Assembly: GCA_002269645.1 (NCBI GenBank) | Contig: NIVC01000132.1 | Coordinates: forward strand, 124,001-188,000 | Direction of reading: 5' to 3' | DNA length: 64,000 bases | From: Macrostomum lignano | Lineage: Eukaryota | Part shown: piece by piece, positions 11,801 to 24,105 of the stretch | How the letters are laid out: every line of letters starts with the position of its first letter | Position numbering within the stretch: the first letter of the stretch is position 1 | Position numbers and translations under genes: made by a program | The notes under the pieces: generated by a model | What the model saw: the letters and a program-made list of their open reading frames with translations, nothing else | Told to the model about the DNA's origin: nothing | The model's database searches: none

Positions 11801-14800
11801 GAATTTAAAGCTTCAGGATCAGGGAATTCAAAGCTTCAGGATCGGGGAATTCAAAGCTTCAGGATCGGGGAATTCAAAGCTTCAGGATCGTGGAATTCAA
11901 AGCTTCAGGATCTGAGAACTTAAAGCTTCAGGATCAGGCAATTCAAAGCTTCAGGATCTGAGAACTTAAAGCTTCAGGATCAGGGAATTCAAAGCTTCAG
12001 GATCTGAGAACTTAAAGCTTCAGGATCAGGGAATTCAAAGCTTCAGGATCGGGGAATTCAAAGCTTCAGGATCAGGGAATTCAAAGCTTCAGGATCAGGG
12101 AATTCAAAGCTTCAGGATCGGGGAATTCAAAGCTTCAGGATCGGGGAATTCAAAGCTTCAGGATCAGGGAATTCAAAGCTTCAAGATCTGGGAATTCAAA
12201 GCTTCAGGATCTGGGAATTCAAAGCTTCAGGATCTGGGAATTCAAAGCTTCAGGATCTGGGAATTCAAAGCTTCAAGATCTGGGAATTCAAAGCTTCAGG
12301 ATCTGGGAATTCAAAGCTTCAGGATCTGGGAATTCAAAGCTTCAGGATCTGGGAATTCAAAGCTTCAGGATCTGGGAATTCAAAGCTTCAGGATCTGGGA
12401 ATTTAAAGCCTCAGCATCTGGGAATTCAAAGCTTCAGGATCGGGGAATTCAAAGCTTCAGGATCAGGGAATTCAAAGCTTCAGGATCAGGGAATTCAAAA
12501 CTTCAAGATCTGGGAATTCAAAGCTTCAGGATCGGGGAATTCAAAGCTCAGGATCGGGGAATTCAAAGCTTCAGGATCAGGGAATTCAAAGCTTCAGGAT
12601 CAGGGAATTCAAAGCTTCAGGATCTGGGAATTCAAAGCTTCAGGATCGGGGAATTCAAAGCTTCAGGATCAGGGAATTCAAAGCTTCAGGATCGGGGAAT
12701 TCAAAGCTTCAGGATCAGGGAATTCAAAGCTTCAGGATCGGGGAATTTAAAGCTTCAGGATCGGGAATTCAAAGCTTCAGGATCGGGGAAGTCAAAGCTT
12801 CAGGATCAGGGAATTCAAAGCTTCAGGATCGGGGAATTCAAAGCTTCAGGATCAGGGAATTCAAAGCTTCAGGATCGGGGAATTCAAAGCTTCAGGATCG
12901 GGGAATTCAAAGCTTCAGGATCAGGGAATTCAAAGCTTCAAGATCAGGGAATTCAAAGCTTCAGGATCAGGGAATTCAAAGCTTCAGGATCGGGGAATTC
13001 AAAGCTTCAGGATCTGGCAATTCAAAGCTTCAGGATCTGAGAACTTAAAGCTTCAGGATCAGGGAATTTAAAGCTTCAGGATCAGGCAATTCAAAGCTTC
13101 AGGATCAGGGAATTTAAAGCTTCAGGATCAGGGAATTTAAAGCTTCAGGATCGGGGAATTCAAAGCTTCAGGATCGGGGAAGTCAAAGCTTCAGGATCAG
13201 GGAATTCAAAGCTTCAGGATCGGGGAATTCAAAGCTTCAGGATCAGGGAATTCAAAACTTCAGGATCGGGGAATTCAAAGCTTCAGGATCGGGGAATTCA
13301 AAGCTTCAGGATCAGGGAATTCAAAGCTTCAGGATCAGGGAATTTAAAGCTTCAGGATCAGGGAATTCAAAGCTTCAGGATCGGGGAATTCAAAGCTTCA
13401 GGATCGGGGAATTCAAAGCTTCAGGATCGTGGAATTCAAAGCTTCAGGATCTGAGAACTTAAAGCTTCAGGATCAGGCAATTCAAAGCTTCAGGATCTGA
13501 GAACTTAAAGCTTCAGGATCAGGGAATTCAAAGCTTCAGGATCTGAGAACTTAAAGCTTCAGGATCAGGGAATTCAAAGCTTCAGGATCGGGGAATTCAA
13601 AGCTTCAGGATCAGGGAATTCAAAGCTTCAGGATCAGGGAATTCAAAGCTTCAGGATCGGGGAATTCAAAGCTTCAGGATCGGGGAATTCAAAGCTTCAG
13701 GATCAGGGAATTCAAAGCTTCAAGATCTGGGAATTCAAAGCTTCAGGATCTGGGAATTCAAAGCTTCAGGATCTGGGAATTCAAAGCTTCAGGATCTGGG
13801 AATTCAAAGCTTCAAGATCTGGGAATTCAAAGCTTCAGGATCTGGGAATTCAAAGCTTCAGGATCTGGGAATTCAAAGCTTCAGGATCTGGGAATTCAAA
13901 GCTTCAGGATCTGGGAATTCAAAGCTTCAGGATCTGGGAATTTAAAGCCTCAGCATCTGGGAATTCAAAGCTTCAGGATCGGGGAATTCAAAGCTTCAGG
14001 ATCAGGGAATTCAAAGCTTCAGGATCAGGGAATTCAAACTTCAAGATCTGGGAATTCAAAGCTTCAGGATCGGGGAATTCAAAGCTCAGGATCGGGGAAT
14101 TCAAAGCTTCAGGATCAGGGAATTCAAAGCTTCAGGATCAGGGAATTCAAAGCTTCAGGATCTGGGAATTCAAAGCTTCAGGATCGGGGAATTCAAAGCT
14201 TCAGGATCAGGGAATTCAAAGCTTCAGGATCGGGGAATTCAAAGCTTCAGGATCAGGGAATTCAAAGCTTCAGGATCGGGGAATTTAAAGCTTCAGGATC
14301 GGGGAATTCAAAGCTTCAGGATCGGGGAAGTCAAAGCTTCAGGATCAGGGAATTCAAAGCTTCAGGATCGGGGAATTCAAAGCTTCAGGATCAGGGAATT
14401 CAAAGCTTCAGGATCGGGGAATTCAAAGCTTCAGGATCGGGGAATTCAAAGCTTCAGGATCAGGGAATTCAAAGCTTCAAGATCAGGGAATTCAAAGCTT
14501 CAGGATCAGGGAATTCAAAGCTTCAGGATCGGGGAATTCAAAGCTTCAGGATCTGGCAATTCAAAGCTTCAGGATCTGAGAACTTAAAGCTTCAGGATCA
14601 GGGAATTTAAAGCTTCAGGATCAGGCAATTCAAAGCTTCAGGATCAGGGAATTTAAAGCTTCAGGATCAGGGAATTTAAAGCTTCAGGATCAGGGAATTC
14701 AAAGCTTCAGGATCGGGGAATTCAAAACTTCAGGATCTGGGAATTCAAAGCTTCAGGATCGGGGAATTCAAAGCTTCAGGATCGGGGAATTCAAAGCTTC

Positions 14801-17800
14801 AGGATCGGGGAATTCAAAGCTTCAGGATCAGGGAATTCAAAGCTTCAGGATCGGGGAATTCAAAGCTTCAGGATCAGGGAATTCAAAGCTTCAAGATCTG
14901 GGAATTCAAAGCTTCAGGATCTGGGAATTCAAAGCTTCAGGATCTGGGAATTCAAAGCTTCAGGATCAGGCAATTCAAAGCTTCAGGATCTGAGAACTTA
15001 AAGCTTCAGGATCAGGGAATTCAAAGCTTCAGGATCGGGGAATTCAAAGCTTCAGGATCTGGGAATTTAAAGCTTCAGAATCGGGGAATTCAAAGCTTCA
15101 GGATCGGGGAATTCAAAGCTTCAGGATCGGGGAATTCAAAGCTTCAGGATCGGGGAATTCAAAGCTTCAGGATCTGGGAATTTAAAGCTTCAGAATCGGG
15201 GAATTCAAAGCTTCAGGATCGGGGAATTCAAAGCTTCAGTATCAGGGAATTCAAAGCTTCAGCATCAGGGAATTCAAAGCTTCAGGATCGGGGAATTCAA
15301 AGCTTCAGGATCAGGGAATTCAAAGCTTCAGGATCGGGGAATTCAAAGCTTCAGGATCAGGGAATTCAAAGCTTCAGGATCGGGGAATTCAAAGCTTCAG
15401 TATCAGGGAATTCAAAGTACCAGAAGCACGGCAGGCCCACCTCAATGACAGGGGTCACTACTCGAGTCCAGTTCTGCGCAATGCGGTGCAGCAGAGGCTC
15501 CAGCCATCCAGTGACGCACTCGCAGTGAGAATCTAGGAAAGTCAGCACGGCGCCAACGGCTTTTCGGGCGCCCATCAGACGGGCGCGGATCAGGCCTTCG
15601 CGTTTGGCGGCACGGAGAATGCGCACCTTTGGCGAGTAGTACCTGGAAATAGGCAAGGCTAGATGAGAAGATCAAATGAATAAATGAAAGGTTATTGCTC
15701 GAAATGACAGGTATCGCATTTTCAGAACTAAAAAAAGGACTTTGTTTGCAAGGTGAAAGGGTATGAGGGTTAAGGAAGTGGGTGAAAAGGGATTAAGGGA
15801 GGCGGAATGAAGGGAGTGGAAATGAAGGGAGGCGGAATGAAAGGAAGCGGAATGAAGGGAGGCGAAGCGAAATGAAGGGAGGTTGAATGGAAGCGGAATG
15901 AAGGGAGGCGAAGCGAAATGAAGGGAGGTTGAATGGAAGCGGAATGAAGGGAGGCGGAGCGAAATGTAGGGAATTTTAAGATAGAGGCGTTGCTTCAGGT
16001 GTAACTGCCAATTACTGATATGATCTATTCATGTTCGTTTTTAATAGGTGAATCCGTATTCCCCCTCTAGAATATTCTAGAATGTTTTTTTAATTTCGTA
16101 TAGTGCTTGTCTCTGTTTAAATACCCCGCAGTTAATCTTTAAGAGCAACTTAATTTTCAATATGCTTGTCAACTCTTCTGCTTTTGGAACTGATCCAAAT
16201 GAAACCCTGGTTTTCTTAATAGGGAAGTGGAATGAAGGGAGGGAAATGAAGGGAAGGGGGTAATGAAGGTGGGTGGGGAATAAATGGAGAACGGAGTGAG
16301 AAGAGAGCTGGGTGAAGAAAGACAGGAAGAAGGATATGAGGGGAAGTGAATCTTCCTGTGAAATGAAGGGAGGGTGGAACGAAGGTAGAAAGTCAAAAAA
16401 TGACAGCGACATGAAGAGAAAAGAGAATTAAAATACTAATTGAAGAAGCTTGTACTTGGGAAGTTCACAAGGTTTACAATGAAGGACAATTGAATCTAGT
16501 CCAGCCGCCCCCAATTAGATCAGTCGATAGTCTCACTTCATATATTCCTCTAGCGGTCGTTTGAGATGGTCGAGCTCAGAAGCATCGTCAACCAGTATAA
16601 TCTCGCGCAGCAGAGAGCCAGGCGATTTATTAATAACCGAGTGGACGGTGCGCAGCAGCACAGACCAGGCCTCGTTGTGAAAGCAGATAATAACGGACGT
16701 GTCCGGCAGCTGGCCGGCGTACACGGCCGATTTGCACTGGGCGTCGCGATTATCGCCAACGTCTCGATCTACCGAGATCATATCGCTGACGTACTGGTTG
16801 AATGCGTTCCTCTGCCAGCCGTCTTCTACCTGCGTTTTTTTCAAGGGGAAGGTGAGAGCGCTTCCAACTAGGAGTTTCTGGCCAATTTTGACGCCAATAA
16901 CTGACCAATTTTGACGCAAAAAACTGACCAATTTCAACACCAATAACTGACCAATTTCAACACCAATAACTGACCAATTTTGACGCCAATAACTGACCAA
17001 TTTAGGCGCCAATAACTGACCAATTTTGACGCCAATAACTGACCAATTTTGACGCAAATAACTGACCAATTTTGACGCAAATAACTGACCAATTTTGACG
17101 CCAAAAACTGACCAATTTTGACGCAAATAACTGACCAATTTCAACACCAATAACTGACCAATTTTGACGCCAATAACTGACCAATTTCAACACCAATAAC
17201 TGACCAATTTCAACACCAATAACTGACCAATTTCAACACCAATAACTGACCAATTTCAACACCAATAACTTACCAATTTCAACACCAATAACTGACCAAT
17301 TTCAACACCAATAACTTACCAATTTCAACACCAATAACTGACCAATTTAACACCAATAACTGACCAATTTTGACGCCAATAACTGACCAATTTTAACACC
17401 AATAACTGACCAATTTTGACGCCAATAACTGACCAATTTCAACACCAATAACTGACCAATTTCAACACCAATAACTGAACAATTTCAACACAAATAACTG
17501 ACCAATTTCAACACCAATAACTGACCAATTTCAACACCAATAACTGACCAGTTTAACACCAATAACTGACCAATTTTGACGCCAATAACTGACCAATTTC
17601 AACACCAATAACTTACCAATTTTGACGCCAATAACTGACCAATTTTGACGCCAATAACTGACCAATTTTGACGCCAATAACTGACCAATTTCAACACCAA
17701 TAACTGACCAATTTCAACACCAATAACTGACCAATTTTGACGCCAATAACTGACCAATTTCAGCACCAATAACTGACCAATTTTGACGCCAATAACTGAC

Positions 17801-19934
17801 CAATTTCAACACCAATAACTGACCAATTTCAACACTAATAACTGACCAATTTCAACACCAATAACTGACCAATTTCAACACCAATAACTGACCAATTTAA
17901 CACCAATAACTGACCAATTTTGACGCCAATAACTGACCAATTTCAACACCAATAACTGACCAATTTTGATGCCAATAACTGACCAATTTTGACGCCAATA
18001 ACTGACCAATTTTGACGCCAATAACTGACCAATTTCAACACCAATAACTGACCAATTTTGACGCCAATAACTGACCAATTTTGACGCCAATAACTGACCA
18101 ATTTTGACGCCAATAACTGACCAATTTCAACACCAATAACTGACCAATTTTGACGCCAATAACTGACCAATTTCAACACCAATAACTGACCAATTTTGAC
18201 GCCAATAACTGACCAATTTCAACACCGAAAACTGACCAATTTCAACACCAATAACTGACCAATTTCAACGCCAATAACTGACCAATTTCAACACCAATAA
18301 CTGACCAATTTTGACGCCAATAACTGACCAATTTTGACGCCAATAACTGACCAATTTTGACGCCAATAACTGACCAATTTTGACGCCAATACAACTGACC
18401 AATTTTGACGCCAATAACTGACCAATTTTGACGCCAATAACTGACCAATTTTGACGCCAATAACTGACCAATTTCAACACCAATAACTGACCAATTTCAA
18501 CACCAATAACTGACCAATTTTGACGCCAATAACTTACCAATTTCAGCACCAATAACTGACCAATTTCAGCACCAATAACTGACCAATTTTGACGCCAATA
18601 ACTGACCAATTTCAACACCGAAAACTGACCAATTTCAACACCAATAACTGACCAATTTCAACACCAATAACTGACCAATTTTGACGCCAATAACTGACCA
18701 ATTTTGACGCCAATAACTGACCAATTTTGACGCCAATAACTGACCAATTTTGACGCCAATAACTTACCAATTTCAGCACCAATAACTGACCAATTTTGAC
18801 GCCAATAACTGACCAATTTTGACGCAAATAACTGACCAATTTTGACGCCAATAACTGACCAATTTTGACGCCAATAACTGACCAATTTCAACACCAATAA
18901 CTGACCAATTTCAACACCGAAAACTGACCAATTTCAACACCAATAACTGACCAATTTCAACACCAATAACTGACTAATTTCAACGCCAATAACTGATCAA
19001 TTTCAACACCAATAACTGACCAATTTCAACACCAATAACTGACCAATTTTGACGCCAATAACTGACCAATTTTGACGCCAATAACTGACCAATTTTGACG
19101 CCAATAACTGACCAATTTCGACGCCAATAACTGACTAATTTCAACACCAATAACTGACCAATTTTGACGCCAATAACTGACCAATTTCAACACCAATAAC
19201 TGACCAATTTTGACGCCAATAACTGACCAATTTCGACGCCAATAACTGACTAATTTCAACACCAATAACTGACCAATTTTGACGCCAATAACTGACCAAT
19301 TTCGAGGCCTTTTGCAAACTTAACTAACTAATCTTGCCGCAAACATCCCACAATACGAACAAATCTTTCTTAGCGGCCTCACGCCAACAACAAGAAAATC
19401 TGTCTGGATTTTGAACACGCCAATCACCTTTTTTCTCTCCGCAGCTGACAGTTTCTCTTTGTCAACTGTGACCGGCTGGCCACCCTCGCCGTGCTCCCGG
19501 CCGGCAGCCGAGGGCAGGCCAGACCACAGGGCGCGCACTTCCGGCGGCGGCGTCACAGCGAAGCCTTGGTCGGAGCCGGCAGCGCCAGCGGCTGCTAGAG
19601 GAGCTGCTCCTCCATTCCGCTGCGCCCTGCCGGCAACGGCCGCTGCAACGCTGTGCCGCCTGCCAAACAGCAGCTCGGCGCGCACCTCAGCAATGTTCTC
19701 CTCAACGCCCATGACAATTCCCGGCTGTAATTGTTGTCGCTGTCTGGCGCCAGCAGCTTCTAGCACCGCCCGCGGCAGCGGAGGTCGCAGAATTGGTGGC
19801 GGCGGCTGGTGTTTAGAACTGAATAAACTGCTGTTGAATCTGCTGCCAGTTGGGAGCAGAACCAGCATCAGCAGGGCGATGACTGCGCAGGAGCAACCAA
19901 CCAGGATCCAGCGAGCTCGGCCTTTTAATCGCAT
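8301..19934 (-). CDS. GALNT: Polypeptide N-acetylgalactosaminyltransferase (GT27, ricin lectin C-terminus), 5 exons, about 649 aa
   Basis: complement(join(8301..8801,9410..9856,15441..15642,16537..16829,19428..19934)). All introns are GT-AG and phases are consistent. Features: N-terminal TM anchor, [58 protein letters not shown] (DxH), [26 protein letters not shown], and a QxW ricin domain. Subfamily is not determined. Confidence 0.97.
9095..9370. repeat. About 21-bp pyrimidine-rich minisatellite in GALNT intron 4
   Basis: Unit TACTTCTCTACCCCTTCACCC. Confidence 0.92.
9410..9856 (-). CDS. GALNT: GALNT exon 4
   Basis: CCAG|GTG ATA AAT through GGC AAG|GTGAGA; encodes [20 protein letters not shown]. 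Confidence 0.95.
9940..15417. repeat. 23-bp minisatellite, about 238 copies, filling GALNT intron 3
   Basis: Unit GCTTCAGGATC(A/G/T)GGGAATTCAAA with recurrent variants. Confidence 0.98.
15441..15642 (-). CDS. GALNT: GALNT exon 3
   Basis: TTTCCAG|G TAC through ATT GAG|GTGGGC; encodes KVRILR..DSHCEC..TPVIE. Confidence 0.95.
15770..15965. repeat. Purine-rich degenerate repeat in GALNT intron 2
   Basis: Repeated GAATGAAGGGAGGCG / GAAATGAAGGGAGG. Confidence 0.8.
16537..16829 (-). CDS. GALNT: GALNT exon 2
   Basis: CAG|GTA GAA GAC GGC TGG through TAT ATG AA|GTGAGA; encodes [17 protein letters not shown]. Confidence 0.95.
16875..19305. repeat. 23-bp minisatellite, about 105 copies, filling GALNT intron 1
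   Basis: Two interspersed unit types, AATAACTGACCAATTTTGACGCC and AATAACTGACCAATTTCAACACC. Confidence 0.98.
19428..19934 (-). CDS. GALNT: GALNT exon 1 (TM anchor and stem)
   Basis: ATG at 19934, donor AAG|GTGATT, 507 bp, phase 0. Confidence 0.88.
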
Positions 19935-20390
19935 TTAGGCAGAGGAGATTGAGGGGTTTTAGGCTGAATGTCAAGTCATATTCAATTTAAATCATATGAT
20001 ACCCACTAATGTAGCAGTTTATATCAATATACCTTTTTAGGCAAAAGAATTGAGAGTAGAATTTTTTTGGGAAGAATATCCAAAAGTTTTAATTTTTGCA
20101 GTTAAAATTTTTTGGTCAGTTTTTTTAACAAACATTATATATACATACAAATTTATAAAAAAAGATTTTTCCTTTGGCTTTAATTTAGTTTAATGCCAAA
20201 TAAACATAGTTGAATGCCAACCTTAAGGCCTTGATAAAAAATGTGTTAGATAGTTATTGCATTATATACACTAATATACCTTTAAGACTCATGGTCATAG
20301 AATAAAATATTAGACTACTCAGAAGCTACCAGTAGACAAATACTAATATTTAGATATATATTTAATAGATTAAAAAAAATTTAAGGGCTT

Positions 20391-20723
20391 AAATTATTTA
20401 AAAACAGATTTTCTTAAAAAATTAACAATTCTTAAATTTAAAAAGCTAAAAAATTGTAAAATGACTATATGAGTTTGTCTAAATTGTTGAGTCTAGAAAT
20501 TAGATTCAACAATTTTTTAAGCTTTAATCAACTTTAACTTCAATAAAGTTTAAAATAAACTTAATAATCTTTAATAAAATAAGCTTTTTCTAGCTTTAAT
20601 AAACTCTAATTTCTAGACTCTACAATTTAGACAAACTCATATAGTCATTTTTTACCATTTTTGGCTTTTCAAAATTCAAGAATTGTTAGTATCTTTTAGG
20701 AAAATCTGTTTTTTTATAATTTA
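20391..20723. mobile_element. AT-rich foldback/MITE-like inverted repeat (arms about 115 bp, spacer about 100 bp)
   Basis: Arms 20391-20504 and 20605-20723 are reverse complements. The inner 47 bp (AAAATGACTATATGAGTTTGTCTAAATTGTTGAGTCTAGAAATTAGA) match with one mismatch. Confidence 0.75.
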
Positions 20724-22207
20724 TATGTATTAAATTATTTTTTAGTTCAATACTTGTTGGACTAGTTTCTAGTATATAGTTTCATTTTTTCTTTTAGTCT
20801 ATATTTGATATTTTTATTTGAGAACTTAGCTTTTAAATTCTATTTCATAGAAACCTAAATTCTAAAATAATATTAAGCCTATAAAGGTGTGGTGTTAGAC
20901 TAGTTATAGCATATAATAGGCCTTAAAATCACTTTAATTTCAAGTTAATAATGCCACACTTATAAAGCCATTAGAAAAAGTAGCAAAATCTTTTGCACTT
21001 TAAATCTTTGTCCCTTTTAATACCTATTCATCTGCTGATATTGCTTGCCAACTCATTTCAGTAAAGGACAAGGCACTTCCCTTTATCTTTACTTGTTATT
21101 GTTACTTATTTTGATTTAGAGAAGAGGCCTGGCAAGACCCAGAGATATCAGATAATCAGATTTGAGTAGGTATAAGACCTTAAGCAAGCTGCAATTCCCT
21201 GTCTGAAACTATTATTTTGTTGAACTTAAATTTAAAGTGCAAATGCAGCTGTTCAACTCTCGTCTAGTCGCAGGAAGTCACACGAAAAAACACACAAAAT
21301 ATTTAGATGTGCAACAAAAAGGCATCACATATTGTATCGCGTTGCCATGCCATTAATGTTGATGTGGACCGCGTTTCCTGTGAAGATTAACTCTCAAATG
21401 AGAGTTAAATACTCAGTGTGTTATAACAAATCAGTTAAATGCTTTTATCAGCTTTTTTAAGTAACTGAAAAGATCTAAAACTCAGCGATGTTTGTAAGTG
21501 CGCTAAACGGAGCTTTTGTGTTCCATTAATGAGTATTATAACCGATTTCCGGCATAAGCGCACAGGTAAAATTTGAGTCTGTCTGCAAAAGCCGCGCGCT
21601 TAAAAGCAACACCGGCAATACGAGCTAATTAAAAGCTCGTGTTGGTGGCATGCGCATGTAAATTTGTAGATTGATATCCAAAAATTAGGTAGCTAGCTCC
21701 TACCATGTATTGTCACTTTATTTTAGTTGTACATGCACAAATTTTGAACGTTAAAACGTTAAAAACGTTTACAGAAAGTTTAAAAATATTGCTAGTAGTA
21801 GCCCTGGAAGGTTGCTAGAACAGCGGCTACTCTGACCAACTCTATAGTCCTGGGACCCCTTTTCGGGAACAGACGCTCGACTCATTGTTGATATACCATA
21901 CATGGAATTGATTAAACTAGAAAAAGTCAAATCGATATCTACTACACGATTAGCATGAAATCGTCAAATACGCTTTTGCCCGTAATCTTACATGCGTGCT
22001 TGTGCAAAGCGACGTTTTAATTAGTGGCCGAGTCACTAATGAGATGTTACAGACGTTGGTCTACGTCAACGCAAGTCGCGGAATACACTACTTCCTAACT
22101 TTCTTTCAAGTAATATGATGACTTAAGTAGTATATAGAGCTTCTTATTGTCATTGACTGTTTTGCTTTGTTTTGGTTTGTTCTTGATTTGCACTTGTCTA
22201 TTCAAAT

Positions 22208-22311
22208 TTGGCGCCACCCGAACGACCACACTACGGCGCCATTCGGACACCTACTTTGGCGCCATCCAGACTCCCAATATGCGCCATCCGGACACCTATT
22301 TCGGCGCCATC
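22208..22311. repeat. Short degenerate GGCGCC cluster (5 units of about 24 bp)
   Basis: tttggcgccacccg / cggcgccattcggacac / tttggcgccatccagac / gcgccatccggacac / ttcggcgccatc. Confidence 0.7.
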
Positions 22312-23214
22312 TAGCACTACCTAATTATAGCTATATTTTCTTGTCAAATGTATTTCCCTTCACTTTGGTGCAATCGCAGAGTTTATTACTGTAAAAAGCG
22401 TTTATTACTATAAAATAGATTTTAAAATCCTATTATTGCACCCATGCAGGTAGAGCTAACGCTTGTCGCTAATGGTTATTTTCTCTGCAAGTAACCCCTC
22501 CTCAACTGAAGGTCGCGAACTAAGCGCCCCCCCCCCCATTTATAAGCCCCCCCAAAAGCTCAAGCATGCGCTCTGTTCCCACTGCTTTTGAACACTGCAC
22601 AATTTGCACCTGGACCAGCTGCAGTGCCGACCGCCCCCCCCCACACTCCGCTGCATTGCGCACCAAGCGCTGACAACTTCTTCATCTCTCACTCTCAGAC
22701 CAAATCCGCATGAGCTGAGGGAAAACAATGGCAAGCGGAAGTGTTCCGCGGCCTATTATAATTGAGAGATGCGCAGTCTAAATCTGCTGTATAGCTGTAT
22801 GCGAACTCCGCTCTTGCCACCCTCAACACACAAGTGTATAGAACCTGTTGTGCTTGGAGACGCGTCGCTGCCCACTCCACAATGCCCCCCCCGTCTCTCA
22901 AACTCTCCTCTCTTATCTCTGTAGCACATGCACTGCATGGCTGTTGTATAGCTCGCGTATACTCTTAAATGCGGTGGTGGCCTGCATGCTTTTCAACTGC
23001 ACCATCTGCTTATGGAAATTGTGTCCGTTTCCTTCCGCTGCATTGGGCTCTCCAAAATCTTCAAGGATTTTGTGCAAGGCTCCCGCGGAGCATAGAGTTT
23101 GCTCTGCATGCTCTACAAAGTATTCTTAATTCTCGACTTAGCGTGTTGCATGCAGGAATGCAGAACTGAATTATTTTTATCTACGAGGCGCCATTTTAGA
23201 TCTATGTTTAGTTT

Positions 23215-24105
23215 ACGGGGGCAGTTTAAATCTTTGGGGCGCCAGTTTAATCTACGGGAGACGGTTTAATCTACTGGAGACGGTTTAATCTAAGGGCGCC
23301 GGTTTAATCTACAGGGCGCCGGTTTAACCTACAAGGCGCCGGTTTAACCTATGGGGCGCCAGATTACATTTACGGGGCGCTAGTTTAATCTACGGGGGCC
23401 AGTTTAATCTACGGGGCGCCAGTTTAATCTACGGGCGCCATGCAGTTTAAATCTTTGGGGCGCCAGTTTAATCTACGGGGCGCCAGTTTAATCTACGGGG
23501 CGCCAGTTTAATCTACGGGGCGCCAGTTTAATCTACGGGCGCCATGCAGTTTAAATCTTTGGGGCGCCAGTTTAATCTACGGGGCGCCAGTTTAATCTAC
23601 GGGGCGCCAGTTTAATCTACGGGGCGCCAGTTTAATCTACGGGCGCCATGCAGTTTAAATCTTTGGGGCGCCAGTTTAATCTACGGGGCGCCAGTTTAAT
23701 CTACGGGGCGCCAGTTTAATCTACGGGGCGCCAGTTTAATCTACGGGGCGCCAGTTTAATCTACGGGCGCCATGCAGTTTAAATCTTTGGGGCGCCAGTT
23801 TAATCTACGGGGCGCCAGTTTAATCTACGGGGCGCCAGTTTAATCTACGGGGCGCCAGTTTAATCTACGGGGCGCCGGTTTAATCTACGGGGCGCCAGTT
23901 TAATCTACGGGGCGCCGGTTTAATCTACGGGGCGCCAGTTTAATCTACGGGGCGCCGGTTTAACCTACTGGGTGCCAGATTACATCTACGGGGCGCCAGA
24001 TTACATCTACGGGGCGCCGGTTTAACCTACTGGGCGCCAGATTACATCTACGGGGCGCCAGATTACATCTACGGGGCGCCAGATTACATCTACGGGGCGC
24101 CTGTT
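23215..24105. repeat. 20-bp GGCGCC minisatellite with a 104-bp higher-order unit
   Basis: Unit GGGGCGCCAGTTTAATCTAC. The variant CCATGCAG recurs at 23441, 23545, 23649 and 23773. Confidence 0.95.

Noticed and set aside
9940-15417. Regular repeat arrays as CRISPR loci
   Set aside because: Units are head-to-tail with no unique spacers, there are no cas genes, and the context is a eukaryotic intron.
19320-19427. 3' part of ORF 19320-19934 (VIGVFKIQ...)
   Set aside because: It is read-through into intron 1. Homology continues at 16829.
21387-21408. Perfect 10-bp hairpin TTAACTCTCA-AA-TGAGAGTTAA (and GGTAACATT/AATGTTACC near 3525-3546)
   Set aside because: Short, AT-rich, isolated palindromes are expected occasionally in 64 kb.
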